Below are positions 46,659 to 57,014 of a stretch of 59,207 nucleotides of DNA, piece by piece (position 1 is the stretch's first letter; each line of letters opens with the position of its first letter). Made by a program: the position numbers and the translations under genes. A model generated the notes under the pieces. The model saw only the letters and a list, made by a program, of their open reading frames with translations. It had not been told where the DNA came from and did no database searches. Location: positions 1-59,207 of the forward strand of contig JABMPR010000256.1 of NCBI GenBank assembly GCA_013202895.1, read 5' to 3'. This DNA is from a bacterium (GTDB taxonomy: Bacteria; Fidelibacterota; UBA8477; JABMPR01).

Positions 46659-48923
46659 ATGAGCTCTCAAAGCCACAATATTGGGACGAGACTAAAACGG
46701 GTCGATGCTCGAGATAAAATCATTGGCGTAACCCGGTTTTTAACAGATCTAGAGGTGGAGAATATGCTTCATGCAGCACCCATCTATTCCCCTGTTGCAA
46801 ATGGCCGACTTCTAAGTATTGATGGCAGTCCTGCAGAAGGGGATCCAGATTTTGTTGCTCTCTTCACCGCTCAGGATATTCCAGGAGAGAATCAAGTTGG
46901 GGTAATCATAGAAGACCAGCCCCTATTGGCAGACGAGGTGGTGAGATACATCGGTGATAGTGTTGGTCTCCTTGTAGCAAAAACCCCTGAATCTGCACAG
47001 CGTCTGGCACGGCTTGTTGTTGTGAATATCGAAACCATGGAAGCAATTTTTTCAATTGATGATAGCCGCGATGCAAGCTCGGGATTTTTGCATGAAACCA
47101 ATCTGGCCTGCCAGCACCAGGTGAAGCGGGGAAACCCTGAGGCTGGATTTAAGGCCTCCGACCAGATCATCGAAGCCAGCTTTGAAACACCCTTCCAGGA
47201 GCACTATTATCTCGAACCCCAGGGCTGCATTGCTCAATCAACGCCAACGGGTGGCATCTATATTATTGGATCAATCCAATGTCCCTTCTATGTTCAAAAA
47301 GCAGTCTCTAAAGCACTGGCAATACCCTTTGCCAAAATCAAGGTTGAACAAGCTCCTATTGGAGGTGCTTTTGGAGGCAAAGAGGATGTTCCATCAGAAA
47401 TCTGTGCCCGAGCTGCGCTTGCTGCTCAAATACTGCAAAAACCTGTTAAAATAATATACGGGCGCACCGATGATGCCCAGCTCACAAGCAAACGCCATCC
47501 TTTTCAAATGCATTATAAAGTGGGGGTGACCAACGAGGGGAAACTACTGGCGGCAGACATCAAACTTGAAGAAAATGCTGGTGCCTATGCCACCCTTTCT
47601 TCAGTGGTTTCTTATAGATCAGCCATGCAGGCCATGGGTCCATATGTGATTCCAGACATCTCAGTTGAATCCAAATCCTATTATACCAATCTTCCGCCCA
47701 CAGGGGCCTTTCGGGGATTTGGTTCTCCTCAGGCCGCTTTTGGACATGAACGAATAATGGATATTATTGCTAGCAAGCTAAAGCTGGATCCTGTGGAACT
47801 GCGACTCAGAAATATTTTGAAACCCGACACCAAAACATTGACGGGGCAGTTACTAATATCCAGTGTGGGAGCTGAAGAAACGCTACGATCAGCAACCCAG
47901 GCTGCAAATTGGTCTTCGCAGGATGCCAATTCAGATTCCCGCTGGAAGACCGGGTATGGTGTCTCTCTCATTCACTATGGAAATTGTCTTGGGGCTGCCG
48001 GGTGGTTCATGGATGGTAGTGGTGTTAAAATAAAAATTCATCGGGATGCTAGTATTTCGGTTGCTTTTGGGCTGGTTGAAATGGGTCAGGGGGCTCTCAC
48101 AGTGGTGACCCAAATGACGGCGGAAGCCCTGGGTGTGGAGCCATCAAGAATTATGGTCATGCCAACAGACACCGATCAGGTACCGGATAGCGGTCCGGCA
48201 GTTGCCAGTCGTAATGTAATCATGACAGGGAATGCCATTCGAGATGCCGCCAGAAAACTGCTGCCAATCCTGAAAGAGGCTGCTGCTGAACTTATGCAGT
48301 GTGATCTAAACGAAATCAAGCTTGAAAAGGGTTTAGTCTATAGCACAAGAAACAATGAGTCAATTTCATTTGAGGAACTGACCAACTATTTATATTTGTC
48401 AAATCGACCCATGGACGCTCTAGGATGGTGGCATGTCCCAGCATTGAAGTATGACGCCGTCACTGGTACTGGAGAGGCCTATTTCACGTATTCCTACGCC
48501 ACTCACGTAGCTAAAGTGAAAGTTGATACTTTGACAGGCCTGGTAAAGGTGGAAAAGATATGGGCATCCCATGATGTCGGGCGTGCCATCAATCCTGCTG
48601 GTCTGGAAGCGCAGATTGAAGGTGGGACAGCTCAAGGCATTGGCTGGGCACTTACAGAACACTTTAAAACAGATCTTGGGAAAGTCCTGTCAGACAACCT
48701 TACTACCTATCTTCTGCCCACGGCATTGGATGTTGGCGATATAGAATCTATTTTTATTGAAGACCCGGAACCTGAAGGTCCCTGGGGGGCAAAGGGAGTC
48801 GGAGAGCCAGCAATTATCCCCACAGCGGGAGCCATCGCAAATGCCGTCAGTAATGCCATTGGAAGACCGATTAACAGCATTCCCATATTACCGGAAGATG
48901 TTCTAGAAATGATGAATGGATGA
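46659..48923 (+). CDS. Xanthine dehydrogenase family, molybdopterin-binding large subunit (candidate selenium-dependent hydroxylase)
   Basis: 754 aa. Carries GGAFGGKE, TGAFRGFG, QGEGQ-like QMTAE and the WGAKGVGEPA catalytic Glu region. Confidence 0.85.
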   Translation: MSSQSHNIGTRLKRVDARDKIIGVTRFLTDLEVENMLHAAPIYSPVANGRLLSIDGSPAEGDPDFVALFTAQDIPGENQVGVIIEDQPLLADEVVRYIGDSVGLLVAKTPESAQRLARLVVVNIETMEAIFSIDDSRDASSGFLHETNLACQHQVKRGNPEAGFKASDQIIEASFETPFQEHYYLEPQGCIAQSTPTGGIYIIGSIQCPFYVQKAVSKALAIPFAKIKVEQAPIGGAFGGKEDVPSEICARAALAAQILQKPVKIIYGRTDDAQLTSKRHPFQMHYKVGVTNEGKLLAADIKLEENAGAYATLSSVVSYRSAMQAMGPYVIPDISVESKSYYTNLPPTGAFRGFGSPQAAFGHERIMDIIASKLKLDPVELRLRNILKPDTKTLTGQLLISSVGAEETLRSATQAANWSSQDANSDSRWKTGYGVSLIHYGNCLGAAGWFMDGSGVKIKIHRDASISVAFGLVEMGQGALTVVTQMTAEALGVEPSRIMVMPTDTDQVPDSGPAVASRNVIMTGNAIRDAARKLLPILKEAAAELMQCDLNEIKLEKGLVYSTRNNESISFEELTNYLYLSNRPMDALGWWHVPALKYDAVTGTGEAYFTYSYATHVAKVKVDTLTGLVKVEKIWASHDVGRAINPAGLEAQIEGGTAQGIGWALTEHFKTDLGKVLSDNLTTYLLPTALDVGDIESIFIEDPEPEGPWGAKGVGEPAIIPTAGAIANAVSNAIGRPINSIPILPEDVLEMMNG

Positions 48924-50235
48924 TATGAACCAGATTTTATTGAACAAGCTGAGAATAATGAATCCCTTTGGAAAGCCAGAATTTTTGGATGACGCAGCGA
49001 TCATCATCGAGGATGGAAACATCAACTCAATTATTAGTGGTCATTCTCCGGATGGATTCCAAGGTGATATCTTTGATATGGGAGGCAAAACGGTGCTGCC
49101 TGGTATGATCAATGCCCATACGCACCTTTATTCCTCCCTGGCTCTTGGCATGCCGCCACCCAAAAACATACCTGGTGATTTTGTAGAAATCCTTAAAGAA
49201 ATCTGGTGGAAACTAGATTTGGCATTGGATCATTCCTCCGCTCAAGCTTCATTTGAGTCAGGGTTACTGGACTGTATTTTAAATGGGGTCACGACAGTTA
49301 TTGATCATCATGCCAGTCCCAATTTTGTGTCAGGTTCATTAGATTTACTGGTAGCTAGCGCTGAAAAGTTTGGAATCAACATCAGTGTCTGTTTTGAGGC
49401 TTCTGATCGTAATGGTCTCGAGAATTTCCAACAAGAACTTGATGAGAGTCTACACGCCCTTGAAAAATATAGGGATCATCCCCATGTGCTCCCCTTGATT
49501 GGCCTGCATGCTTCTTTTACATTGTCGGACGAATCTCTACAAAAGGTTAGTGATAGCCTGCAAGGTCATCAGGATTGGGGAATCCATATCCATGTGGCCG
49601 AGGATCTGGCAGATGAGAGAGATGCCAAGAGTAGAGGCTATGCATCCGTCATTGAACGCCTGGATCATTTTAGTCTCCTGAATAACCGATGCTTGATTGT
49701 GCATGGGATTTTCATAACCCGTCAGGACAGACAGACATTGCTCCAGCATGGCTGTAAATTAATCCACAACCCATCATCCAACGCCAACAACCGAGTGGGA
49801 ATCCTTGAGACTGAGATCATCGATTCATTGCACGCTGGTTTGGGAACGGATGGTAAACAAAACAACATGCTGGCCGAGGTCAATCAGGGACTTCTCATCC
49901 GTTCTGCAAAAGCATGTGAGCCTGTAAATTATTTAGAGCTATTATTCAAAAATAATCCCAACATTGCATCTCACTTATTTGCTAAGAGTTTAGGGCGCAT
50001 TTCTGCGGGAGCCCAGGCAGACCTGGTGTTTTATGATTATCATCCCCGGACTGAGATTCATGCTGATAATTTTATGAGCCACATTCTGTACGGGTTTGAA
50101 AAGCCAAGTGATGTCATGAGTCACGGGATTTTTCGGGTGCGGAATGGCAGGCTTCCGGACATTGATGCAGGCGCTATTTTGGAAAATGCTAAAATCCAGT
50201 CCTCACGTGTCTGGGAAGCAATGCAAAAGCATTGA
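48916..50235 (+). CDS. ssnA: SsnA-like aminohydrolase (chlorohydrolase / cytosine-guanine deaminase family)
   Basis: 439 aa. Carries PGMINAHTHLYS, IHVAED and LGTDG. Its position next to the XDH, ygeY and ygeW genes matches the SsnA context. Confidence 0.7.
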   Translation: MDDMNQILLNKLRIMNPFGKPEFLDDAAIIIEDGNINSIISGHSPDGFQGDIFDMGGKTVLPGMINAHTHLYSSLALGMPPPKNIPGDFVEILKEIWWKLDLALDHSSAQASFESGLLDCILNGVTTVIDHHASPNFVSGSLDLLVASAEKFGINISVCFEASDRNGLENFQQELDESLHALEKYRDHPHVLPLIGLHASFTLSDESLQKVSDSLQGHQDWGIHIHVAEDLADERDAKSRGYASVIERLDHFSLLNNRCLIVHGIFITRQDRQTLLQHGCKLIHNPSSNANNRVGILETEIIDSLHAGLGTDGKQNNMLAEVNQGLLIRSAKACEPVNYLELLFKNNPNIASHLFAKSLGRISAGAQADLVFYDYHPRTEIHADNFMSHILYGFEKPSDVMSHGIFRVRNGRLPDIDAGAILENAKIQSSRVWEAMQKH

Positions 50236-50316
50236 GGTGCTGGTAAACTTTGATATATGTAATTTTCCATATACTCCATATTTGCAGTATTAAATAAGTT
50301 ACGGAAGACCAATAAT

Positions 50317-51528
50317 ATGAACATTGAATTTGATCAAATTCTGAAACAAGCTGAGACTTACCGGGCCGATATTTCTCGTTTTTTACGTGATATGATCGCC
50401 ATCCCCAGTGAAAGTTGCCATGAAGAGCAGGTCATCTTGCGTATCAAGGCAGAGATGGAAAAGGTCGGTTTCGATAAAATTGAAATAGATGAAATGGGGA
50501 ACATTTATGGTACCATTGGACATGGCTCTCATGTCATTGCTATGGATGCTCATGTTGATACTGTAGGTGTCGGGAATATTGAGAATTGGGAGGTCGACCC
50601 TTATAAAGGTTTTGAAGATGAGGAAATCATCATGGGTCGAGGTGCCTCAGATCAAGAAGGCGGGATGGCCAGTATGGTTTATGCCGGAAAGATTATAAAA
50701 GATCTGGGTCTTACAGCTGATTATACCCTGATAATAACAGGCACTGTACAGGAAGAAGATTGTGATGGGCTGTGCTGGCAATACATCATGGACAATAAAA
50801 AAATTCAACCGGAATTTGTGGTAAGCACGGAGCCGACTTCCTGCCATATTTATCGTGGACAACGGGGTAGAATGGAGATTAAAGTCACTACGTCTGGCAT
50901 CAGTGCCCATGGTTCTGCCCCTGAACGTGGAGACAATGCCATCTACAAAATGGCGCCAATCCTGCAAGAACTTGAGGAATTGAATTATCATCTGGCAGAT
51001 CATGAGTTTCTTGGGAAAGGATCTCTTACAGTATCTGAGGTCTTTTTCAGTTCACCTTCACGTTGTGCCGTTGCAGATGGTTGCTCAATTTCTATCGATC
51101 GTCGTCTGACTATAGGCGAGACAGCCGAGACAGCACTAAAGGAGATTGGTGAATTGCCAGCAGTAATGGCTGCCAAAGCCACTGTGGAAATGTATGATTA
51201 TGAACAAGCTAGCTACACTGGTTTCACCTATGCTACCGAAGCATATTTTCCGACCTGGCTGATTGATGAAGATCATAATGTCACGCAAGCTTTGGAAGAT
51301 GCTTATCAGGGGCTTTTTAAGGAAGCTCCCATTGTTGATAAGTGGACATTTTCCACAAATGGGGTTGCTATCATGGGACTTTATAATGTACCCTGCATCG
51401 GATTTGGTCCAGGAGCAGAAGTTGAAGCACATGCCCCCAATGAGAAGACCTGGAAAAGCCACTTGGTAAAGGCGGCTGCAATGTATGCAACCATACCACT
51501 CGCCTATATCGCTAGAATTAAAGCATAA
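50317..51528 (+). CDS. ygeY: YgeY-family M20 peptidase/deacylase (selenium-metabolism-linked hydrolase)
   Basis: 403 aa. It is near-colinear with E. coli YgeY as I recall it: [68 protein letters not shown] and [15 protein letters not shown]. Confidence 0.85.
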   Translation: MNIEFDQILKQAETYRADISRFLRDMIAIPSESCHEEQVILRIKAEMEKVGFDKIEIDEMGNIYGTIGHGSHVIAMDAHVDTVGVGNIENWEVDPYKGFEDEEIIMGRGASDQEGGMASMVYAGKIIKDLGLTADYTLIITGTVQEEDCDGLCWQYIMDNKKIQPEFVVSTEPTSCHIYRGQRGRMEIKVTTSGISAHGSAPERGDNAIYKMAPILQELEELNYHLADHEFLGKGSLTVSEVFFSSPSRCAVADGCSISIDRRLTIGETAETALKEIGELPAVMAAKATVEMYDYEQASYTGFTYATEAYFPTWLIDEDHNVTQALEDAYQGLFKEAPIVDKWTFSTNGVAIMGLYNVPCIGFGPGAEVEAHAPNEKTWKSHLVKAAAMYATIPLAYIARIKA

Positions 51529-51608
51529 TATTGCACAGGTTTCTGGTTTTCGTTAATGACGCTATCAAAACGAACTGAACCTTTCCAGGATATCATTATT
51601 GGAGAAGC

Positions 51609-52766
51609 ATGAATACCATAATTGAAAAGATAAAAACTCTGGATTTGAGGAAGTATGGACATGATTTTCTGTTAACCTGGGACAAATCACCTGACGAGCT
51701 TGAAGCAACCTTACTTTTAGCTGAGTTAATGAGAGAAAGACATCGTTTGGGAAAATCCAACCTGGTTTTTAATTCCGGATTGGCCGTATCCATTTTTAGA
51801 GACAAAAGCACCAGGACCCGTTTCAGCTTTGCTTCTGCAGCAAACGCATTGGGTCTGGCGGTATCGGATATGGATGAAGAGAAATCACAGATTTCCCATG
51901 GTGAAACGGTGCGTGAAACAGCTAACATGATTTCCTTTATGACACGCGTGATCGGTATCAGAGATGATGTGTATCTTGGTGAAGGTCACACCTACATGCA
52001 GGAGGTTTCTGAAGCCGTGCAAACCGGCTTTGAGGAAGGTGTCCTGCATAACCGTCCTGGCTTGGTTAATCTCCAGTGCGATATTGACCATCCAACCCAG
52101 AGTATGTCTGACCTGGCTATGTTAAAAAATTATTTTGGTTCACTGGACCGATTGAAGGGCAAAAAAATCGCTATGACATGGGCTTATTCACCCAGTTATG
52201 GCAAACCGCTATCTGTGCCCCAGGGAATTATTGGATTACTCACTCGCTATGGAATGAATGTCACGCTGGCACATCCCGAAGGCTATACACTTATACCTGA
52301 AGTGCTTGAACTGGCTAAAAATCAAGCGCAAAGTACGAGTGGATCATTCCATGTAAGCAACGATATGGATGATGCCTTTAGTGACGCAGATATAGTCTAT
52401 CCAAAATCCTGGGCTCCATTTCAGGTTATGGAAAAGCGCACCAGCCTTTTAACACAAGGGAATCGTGCTGGTCTCCAGGATCTGGAAAAAACCTGTCTGG
52501 AAAACAATGCCAAATTTACAGGCTGGGAATGTACCGAAGAGAAGATGAAACTGACCAAAGATGGTAAAGCGCTCTATATGCATTGTCTACCCGCTGATAT
52601 TACAGGCATAAGCTGCGAGCAAGGCGAAGTAAGTGCTTCCGTATTTGACAGGTATCGTCGTGATACATATATGGAAGCAAGCTACAAGCCCTTTATTATA
52701 GCGGCCATGATGTTTCTGACCAGTTTAAAAGATCCCAGGGCCGTGCTTAACAAATTGGCAGATTAA
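51609..52766 (+). CDS. ygeW: YgeW-type knotted carbamoyltransferase
   Basis: 385 aa. Carries FRDKSTRTRFSF, HGETVRETANMISF, LVNLQCDIDHPTQSM, MTWAYSPSYGKPLSVPQGIIGL and LYMHCLPADI, which closely resemble E. coli YgeW. Confidence 0.9.
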   Translation: MNTIIEKIKTLDLRKYGHDFLLTWDKSPDELEATLLLAELMRERHRLGKSNLVFNSGLAVSIFRDKSTRTRFSFASAANALGLAVSDMDEEKSQISHGETVRETANMISFMTRVIGIRDDVYLGEGHTYMQEVSEAVQTGFEEGVLHNRPGLVNLQCDIDHPTQSMSDLAMLKNYFGSLDRLKGKKIAMTWAYSPSYGKPLSVPQGIIGLLTRYGMNVTLAHPEGYTLIPEVLELAKNQAQSTSGSFHVSNDMDDAFSDADIVYPKSWAPFQVMEKRTSLLTQGNRAGLQDLEKTCLENNAKFTGWECTEEKMKLTKDGKALYMHCLPADITGISCEQGEVSASVFDRYRRDTYMEASYKPFIIAAMMFLTSLKDPRAVLNKLAD

Positions 52767-52918
52767 AAATGATCTTATTTTTTCAGCGAAGTTCACAAAC
52801 GTGATTTACAAGCAGAAAATCAACATGACTCTGGTTGAACCTTGTGATGAACCGAATAATTGCCTAAAGTAATTTGTAGAATTTGCCCAATAAGCGGATT
52901 TAAAAAAGAAAGTCCAAG

Positions 52919-54385
52919 ATGAACTCGAAACAAATACTCAAAAACACAATTCAGCGCTGCAAAGAGCAGAATATTATCCTGCCAACCTACAAGCAGATGG
53001 CAAATCCAGAATTGATTCCAGAGGGGATTAAAGATGAGCTAAAACAGGGTATTGGTCTATGGGATCTTAATCCTCGTAACCTGTTTCGACTCACCTGGCA
53101 GAATGAACCCGTGCCCTCTGGAGGCGGCTTTGGAGATGTGAATTATCTTGAACTACCCTCCGAAATGACAGGCACAAAAGCCCGAATAATTGTGCTTATT
53201 GGGAAATTCTTTCCAACGGGTGCCCATAAAGTCGGAGCCACGTTTGGTCCCTTGGTTGAAAAGCTGATAACTGGTCATTTTGACCCTACCCACCAGAAGG
53301 CTCTTTGGCCTTCGACAGGTAATTATTGTCGTGGTGGTGCCTATGATGCCTCTCTCCTGGGATGCCCCTCAATTGCCGTTCTACCAGAAGAAATGTCCCG
53401 GGAACGTTACGAATGGCTGGAACAAGTTGGTTCAGAAATTATTCTGACCCCGGGTGGAGAAGCCAATGTCAAGGAGATCTATGATAAGGTTAAACAATTA
53501 AAAGCAGAGCGTGGGGATGACATCGTTGTGTTAAACCAATTTGATGAAATTGGAAATCCCATGTGGCATTATGCTGTAACGGGTCACGCCATGGAGAAAG
53601 TATTTAATAGCATCAATTCGGGGGAGGCACGCTTTAGTGGCTTATTCCTGACCCAGGGCTCTGCAGGAACCCTTGGTTCAGCCGATTATCTGCGAACCCG
53701 ATTTCCCAGATTGACAGTGGCTGCAGGGGAAGCTCTTCAGGTTCCGACTCTCCTACAAAATGGCTATGGCGCTCATCGTATTGAGGGTATCGGAGATAAA
53801 CATGTCCCCTGGATTCACAATATGAAAAACATGGATATGGTTATTGGGATCGATGATAATATTTCCATGAATTTGATGCGATTGTTTAATGAACCTATAG
53901 GACATGATCTGCTAAAAAGCAAAAAGATCAATCCTAATTTAATCAATAAACTTGATTACCTGGGAATTTCCAGCATTGCAAACATAGCTGGAGCCATCAA
54001 ATTAGCCAAATATTACGAGTATAATGAGCATGATGTTGTCTTCACGGTGGCAACCGATTCTATGGAAATGTATCAATCTCGTCTTCAAGAATTGCTGGCA
54101 AGCGAGGGTGATTACACTGAAATCCGGGCAAATGTGGATTTTGAACGCTATCTCCAGGGATTGGATGATGAAGGTGTACTGGAACTTACCTACCGGGACA
54201 AGAAACGCATGCACAATCTGAAATATTTCACCTGGATCGAACAACAGGGAAAGACCGTGGAAGAATTGGATGCGCAATGGTATGATGACAATTACTGGTC
54301 GTCAAAATTTGCTCTGGCAGATGATTGGGATGAAAAGATTGAAGCCTTTAATGCAGAAACAGGCTTACTGAAGAAATACATTTAA
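52919..54385 (+). CDS. Fold-type II (TrpB/CysK-like) PLP-dependent enzyme, unknown specificity
   Basis: 488 aa. FPTGAHKVGA is a candidate PLP-lysine motif and TQGSAGTLGS a candidate phosphate-binding loop. N- and C-terminal extensions make it longer than CysK. The subfamily is not recognised. Confidence 0.6.
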   Translation: MNSKQILKNTIQRCKEQNIILPTYKQMANPELIPEGIKDELKQGIGLWDLNPRNLFRLTWQNEPVPSGGGFGDVNYLELPSEMTGTKARIIVLIGKFFPTGAHKVGATFGPLVEKLITGHFDPTHQKALWPSTGNYCRGGAYDASLLGCPSIAVLPEEMSRERYEWLEQVGSEIILTPGGEANVKEIYDKVKQLKAERGDDIVVLNQFDEIGNPMWHYAVTGHAMEKVFNSINSGEARFSGLFLTQGSAGTLGSADYLRTRFPRLTVAAGEALQVPTLLQNGYGAHRIEGIGDKHVPWIHNMKNMDMVIGIDDNISMNLMRLFNEPIGHDLLKSKKINPNLINKLDYLGISSIANIAGAIKLAKYYEYNEHDVVFTVATDSMEMYQSRLQELLASEGDYTEIRANVDFERYLQGLDDEGVLELTYRDKKRMHNLKYFTWIEQQGKTVEELDAQWYDDNYWSSKFALADDWDEKIEAFNAETGLLKKYI

Positions 54386-54397
54386 AGTATCGGCATC

Positions 54398-55639
54398 ATG
54401 AAGATAGAAGAGATAAAGGGATTACAGTGCTACCAGTGCAACTGCCTATTCCCCATTGATCCTTTCCCTTACACTTGTCCCCAATGTGGAAAGAATCTGG
54501 ATTATATTTATGATTATGAAATGATCAAGAGTTCGTGGACAAAAACTGGACTTGAGCAAAATCCAGATCTATCTATGTGGCGATACCACCCCTTACTTCC
54601 AGTAAGTCAGGTCCCCGACAATACTTCCCTCAGGGTTGGTGGAACTCCGCTCGTGAACTTGCCAAAGATCGCCAATCAGCATGGACTGTCCACATTCCAG
54701 ATCAAGGATGACACACGTAATCCCTCCGGATCGTTGAAGGATCGAGCAAGTGAAGTGGGGATACAACACGCTCTTGAATTGGGAAAAGATACAATTGTTG
54801 GTGCCTCCACCGGCAATGCCGGGTCTTCGCTGGCAGCACTAGCAGCACATCATGGTTTTACCAGCGTCATATTTGCTCCAGCAAATGCACCACCAGCTAA
54901 ACTGGCTCAGATTCGCCAACATGGCGCAAAACTGATAGCTATAGATTCAAATTATGACCGTGCTTTTGACCTGGCTATTGAATGGACAAAATTGAACAAT
55001 CATTACTCACGTAACACTGGATATAATCCTATTCTGGCAGAGGGGAAAAAAACGGTCGCTTTTGAGATCGCTGAACAAAATAACTGGCAGGTCCCGGATC
55101 ATATCTTTATCCCTGTGGGCGATGGTTGCATTATCTCAGGTGTCTATAAGGGGTTTTTTGATTTACTGGCCCTGGATTGGATTGACCACATGCCAAGATT
55201 ACATCCAGTTCAAGCCCACGGATCGGCGGCAATTGTAAACAGTCTTTCTCGCGAGGGTGCGATTGAAAGTGTGCAAGCACAAACCCTTGCAGATAGTATC
55301 AGCGTCGATAAACCACGAGATGGGGAAAAAGCGCGTCGCGCCATTTTAGCAAGTGGTGGCGTCGGATTTAAGGTCAGTGATGACGAAATATTATCTGCCC
55401 AACAGGCATTATCCGGGTCTACCGGATTGTTTGCTGAACCCGCTGCTGCTGCAGCCTATGCTGGATTTCTCCAGGCCTCAGAAAAGATTTTTTTCAATGC
55501 AGACGATAAAGTTACGGTTCTGATCACAGGTACTGGTTTAAAAGATATTCCAGCTGCACAGAAAAATCTGGGTTCGCTTGAGATCATACCGGCAGAAATA
55601 TCTGAAATTGAGAATTATTTAAGCCGGGATAATAAATAG
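54398..55639 (+). CDS. Threonine synthase-like PLP enzyme with an N-terminal zinc ribbon
   Basis: 413 aa. Carries CYQCN...CPQCG, MWRYHPLLPV, GGTPLV, NPSGSLKDRAS and STGNAGSS, the arrangement of archaeal/Thermotoga-type ThrC. Its placement inside a purine cluster argues against housekeeping ThrC. Confidence 0.65.
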   Translation: MKIEEIKGLQCYQCNCLFPIDPFPYTCPQCGKNLDYIYDYEMIKSSWTKTGLEQNPDLSMWRYHPLLPVSQVPDNTSLRVGGTPLVNLPKIANQHGLSTFQIKDDTRNPSGSLKDRASEVGIQHALELGKDTIVGASTGNAGSSLAALAAHHGFTSVIFAPANAPPAKLAQIRQHGAKLIAIDSNYDRAFDLAIEWTKLNNHYSRNTGYNPILAEGKKTVAFEIAEQNNWQVPDHIFIPVGDGCIISGVYKGFFDLLALDWIDHMPRLHPVQAHGSAAIVNSLSREGAIESVQAQTLADSISVDKPRDGEKARRAILASGGVGFKVSDDEILSAQQALSGSTGLFAEPAAAAAYAGFLQASEKIFFNADDKVTVLITGTGLKDIPAAQKNLGSLEIIPAEISEIENYLSRDNK

Positions 55640-55641
55640 AC

Positions 55642-56130
55642 ATGCTGCATCATCCTTCACCGACCCCTTTTCAACTCGCTGTAACTGTCAACGGCAAATT
55701 AGTGGAAAGAGAGGTGGTCACACATCTCCGATTAATGGATTTTCTGCGTGATGATCTTGGGCTGACAGGGACCAAAGAAGTCTGCGGAGAAGGAGAGTGT
55801 GGTGCCTGTACGATCATCATGGATGGCCAGACTGTCAATTCCTGTTTGATTCTGGCTGTTGAGGCACAGGGTCGCGAAATTCTGACCATTGAAGGTCTGG
55901 CTGATATGGATGCATTAACACAGCTTCAAAAAGCTTTTGAGGATCACCATGCTGTCCAGTGTGGCTATTGTATTCCCGGGATGGTGCTCATCGGTGAAAA
56001 GCTATTGGAACGCACGCCCCAGCCAACCCGCGCTGAAATCAAATATGAGCTCTCGGGGAATATTTGCCGTTGCACAGGATATCATAAGATTGTCGATGCC
56101 ATTGAGAATGCCACGGATAAGCACGCATAA
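55642..56130 (+). CDS. Xanthine dehydrogenase family [2Fe-2S] small subunit
   Basis: 162 aa. Carries CGEGECGACT (plant-type cluster) and QCGYCIPG...CRCTGY (second cluster). Confidence 0.9.
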   Translation: MLHHPSPTPFQLAVTVNGKLVEREVVTHLRLMDFLRDDLGLTGTKEVCGEGECGACTIIMDGQTVNSCLILAVEAQGREILTIEGLADMDALTQLQKAFEDHHAVQCGYCIPGMVLIGEKLLERTPQPTRAEIKYELSGNICRCTGYHKIVDAIENATDKHA

Positions 56131-56187
56131 AATGGAAATGTATACGCTTAATTTGGGGAATGCTGGTCCTACTGAGGTTTTCAAAGC

Positions 56188-57009
56188 ATGAAATACTACT
56201 GCCCAAAAACGCTCGCAGAATATTTCGATTTGTCCAAAAGCATAGCTGCGTTTGATGTTTCAGTTATAGCGGGTGGAACCGATCTCGTGCCTCGCTATGA
56301 GCGAGGTGATCATTTACCTGATTACCTGATCGATTTGAAACATTTGTCTGAGATAAACAGCATTGAAGTCGATGATGACTCGATTAAAATTGGGTCCCTC
56401 TCGACCATCCAAAATATTCAGGATCATTCTCTCATTCAGGAAGAATTTGGCGCGCTGCATAGTGCGGCCTATGATTTTGCTGGAGCACAGATTCGTCATC
56501 GGGGAACGATAGGTGGAAATATCTGTAATGCATCGCCGGCAGGAGATTTACTCCCACCACTCTACGCTTTTGAGGCTATGTTAACACTACAGGGACCCGC
56601 AGGTGAGCGACAAATCCCTATTGGTGAATTTATCCTTGGTCCTGGGGCCACCGACTTGCGGGTGAGCGAATTATTGACCGGCGTAACACTAGTCCGCAAG
56701 GGCTATCAATCCCTTTTTCAAAAGGTGGGTCTGCGTCAATCCATGGCTATCTCAGTATTAAATCTGGCATGCGTGTTTGAGGGTAAACATCAAGCACCCA
56801 CTCATCTTAGAATCACTGCGGGAGCTGTTGCCCCAACAGTTGTAAGCCTGGACGCTTTCTGCGAAGCTTATAAAGCCGCTCCCGGCAAGCTGAGTGAGCT
56901 ATTGGGATTAATCGATGAAGCTATCTCCCCTATCGACGATATTAGAGCAACAGCAAATTATCGTCATACGGTATTGAAAAACCTAATTAAAGAGATCTTA
57001 AAAAATTGA
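56188..57009 (+). CDS. Xanthine dehydrogenase family FAD-binding subunit (CoxM/YgfM-like)
   Basis: 273 aa. Carries IAGGTDL, HRGTIGGNICNASPAGD and ATANYR. Confidence 0.85.
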   Translation: MKYYCPKTLAEYFDLSKSIAAFDVSVIAGGTDLVPRYERGDHLPDYLIDLKHLSEINSIEVDDDSIKIGSLSTIQNIQDHSLIQEEFGALHSAAYDFAGAQIRHRGTIGGNICNASPAGDLLPPLYAFEAMLTLQGPAGERQIPIGEFILGPGATDLRVSELLTGVTLVRKGYQSLFQKVGLRQSMAISVLNLACVFEGKHQAPTHLRITAGAVAPTVVSLDAFCEAYKAAPGKLSELLGLIDEAISPIDDIRATANYRHTVLKNLIKEILKN

Positions 57010-57014
57010 GCGGT

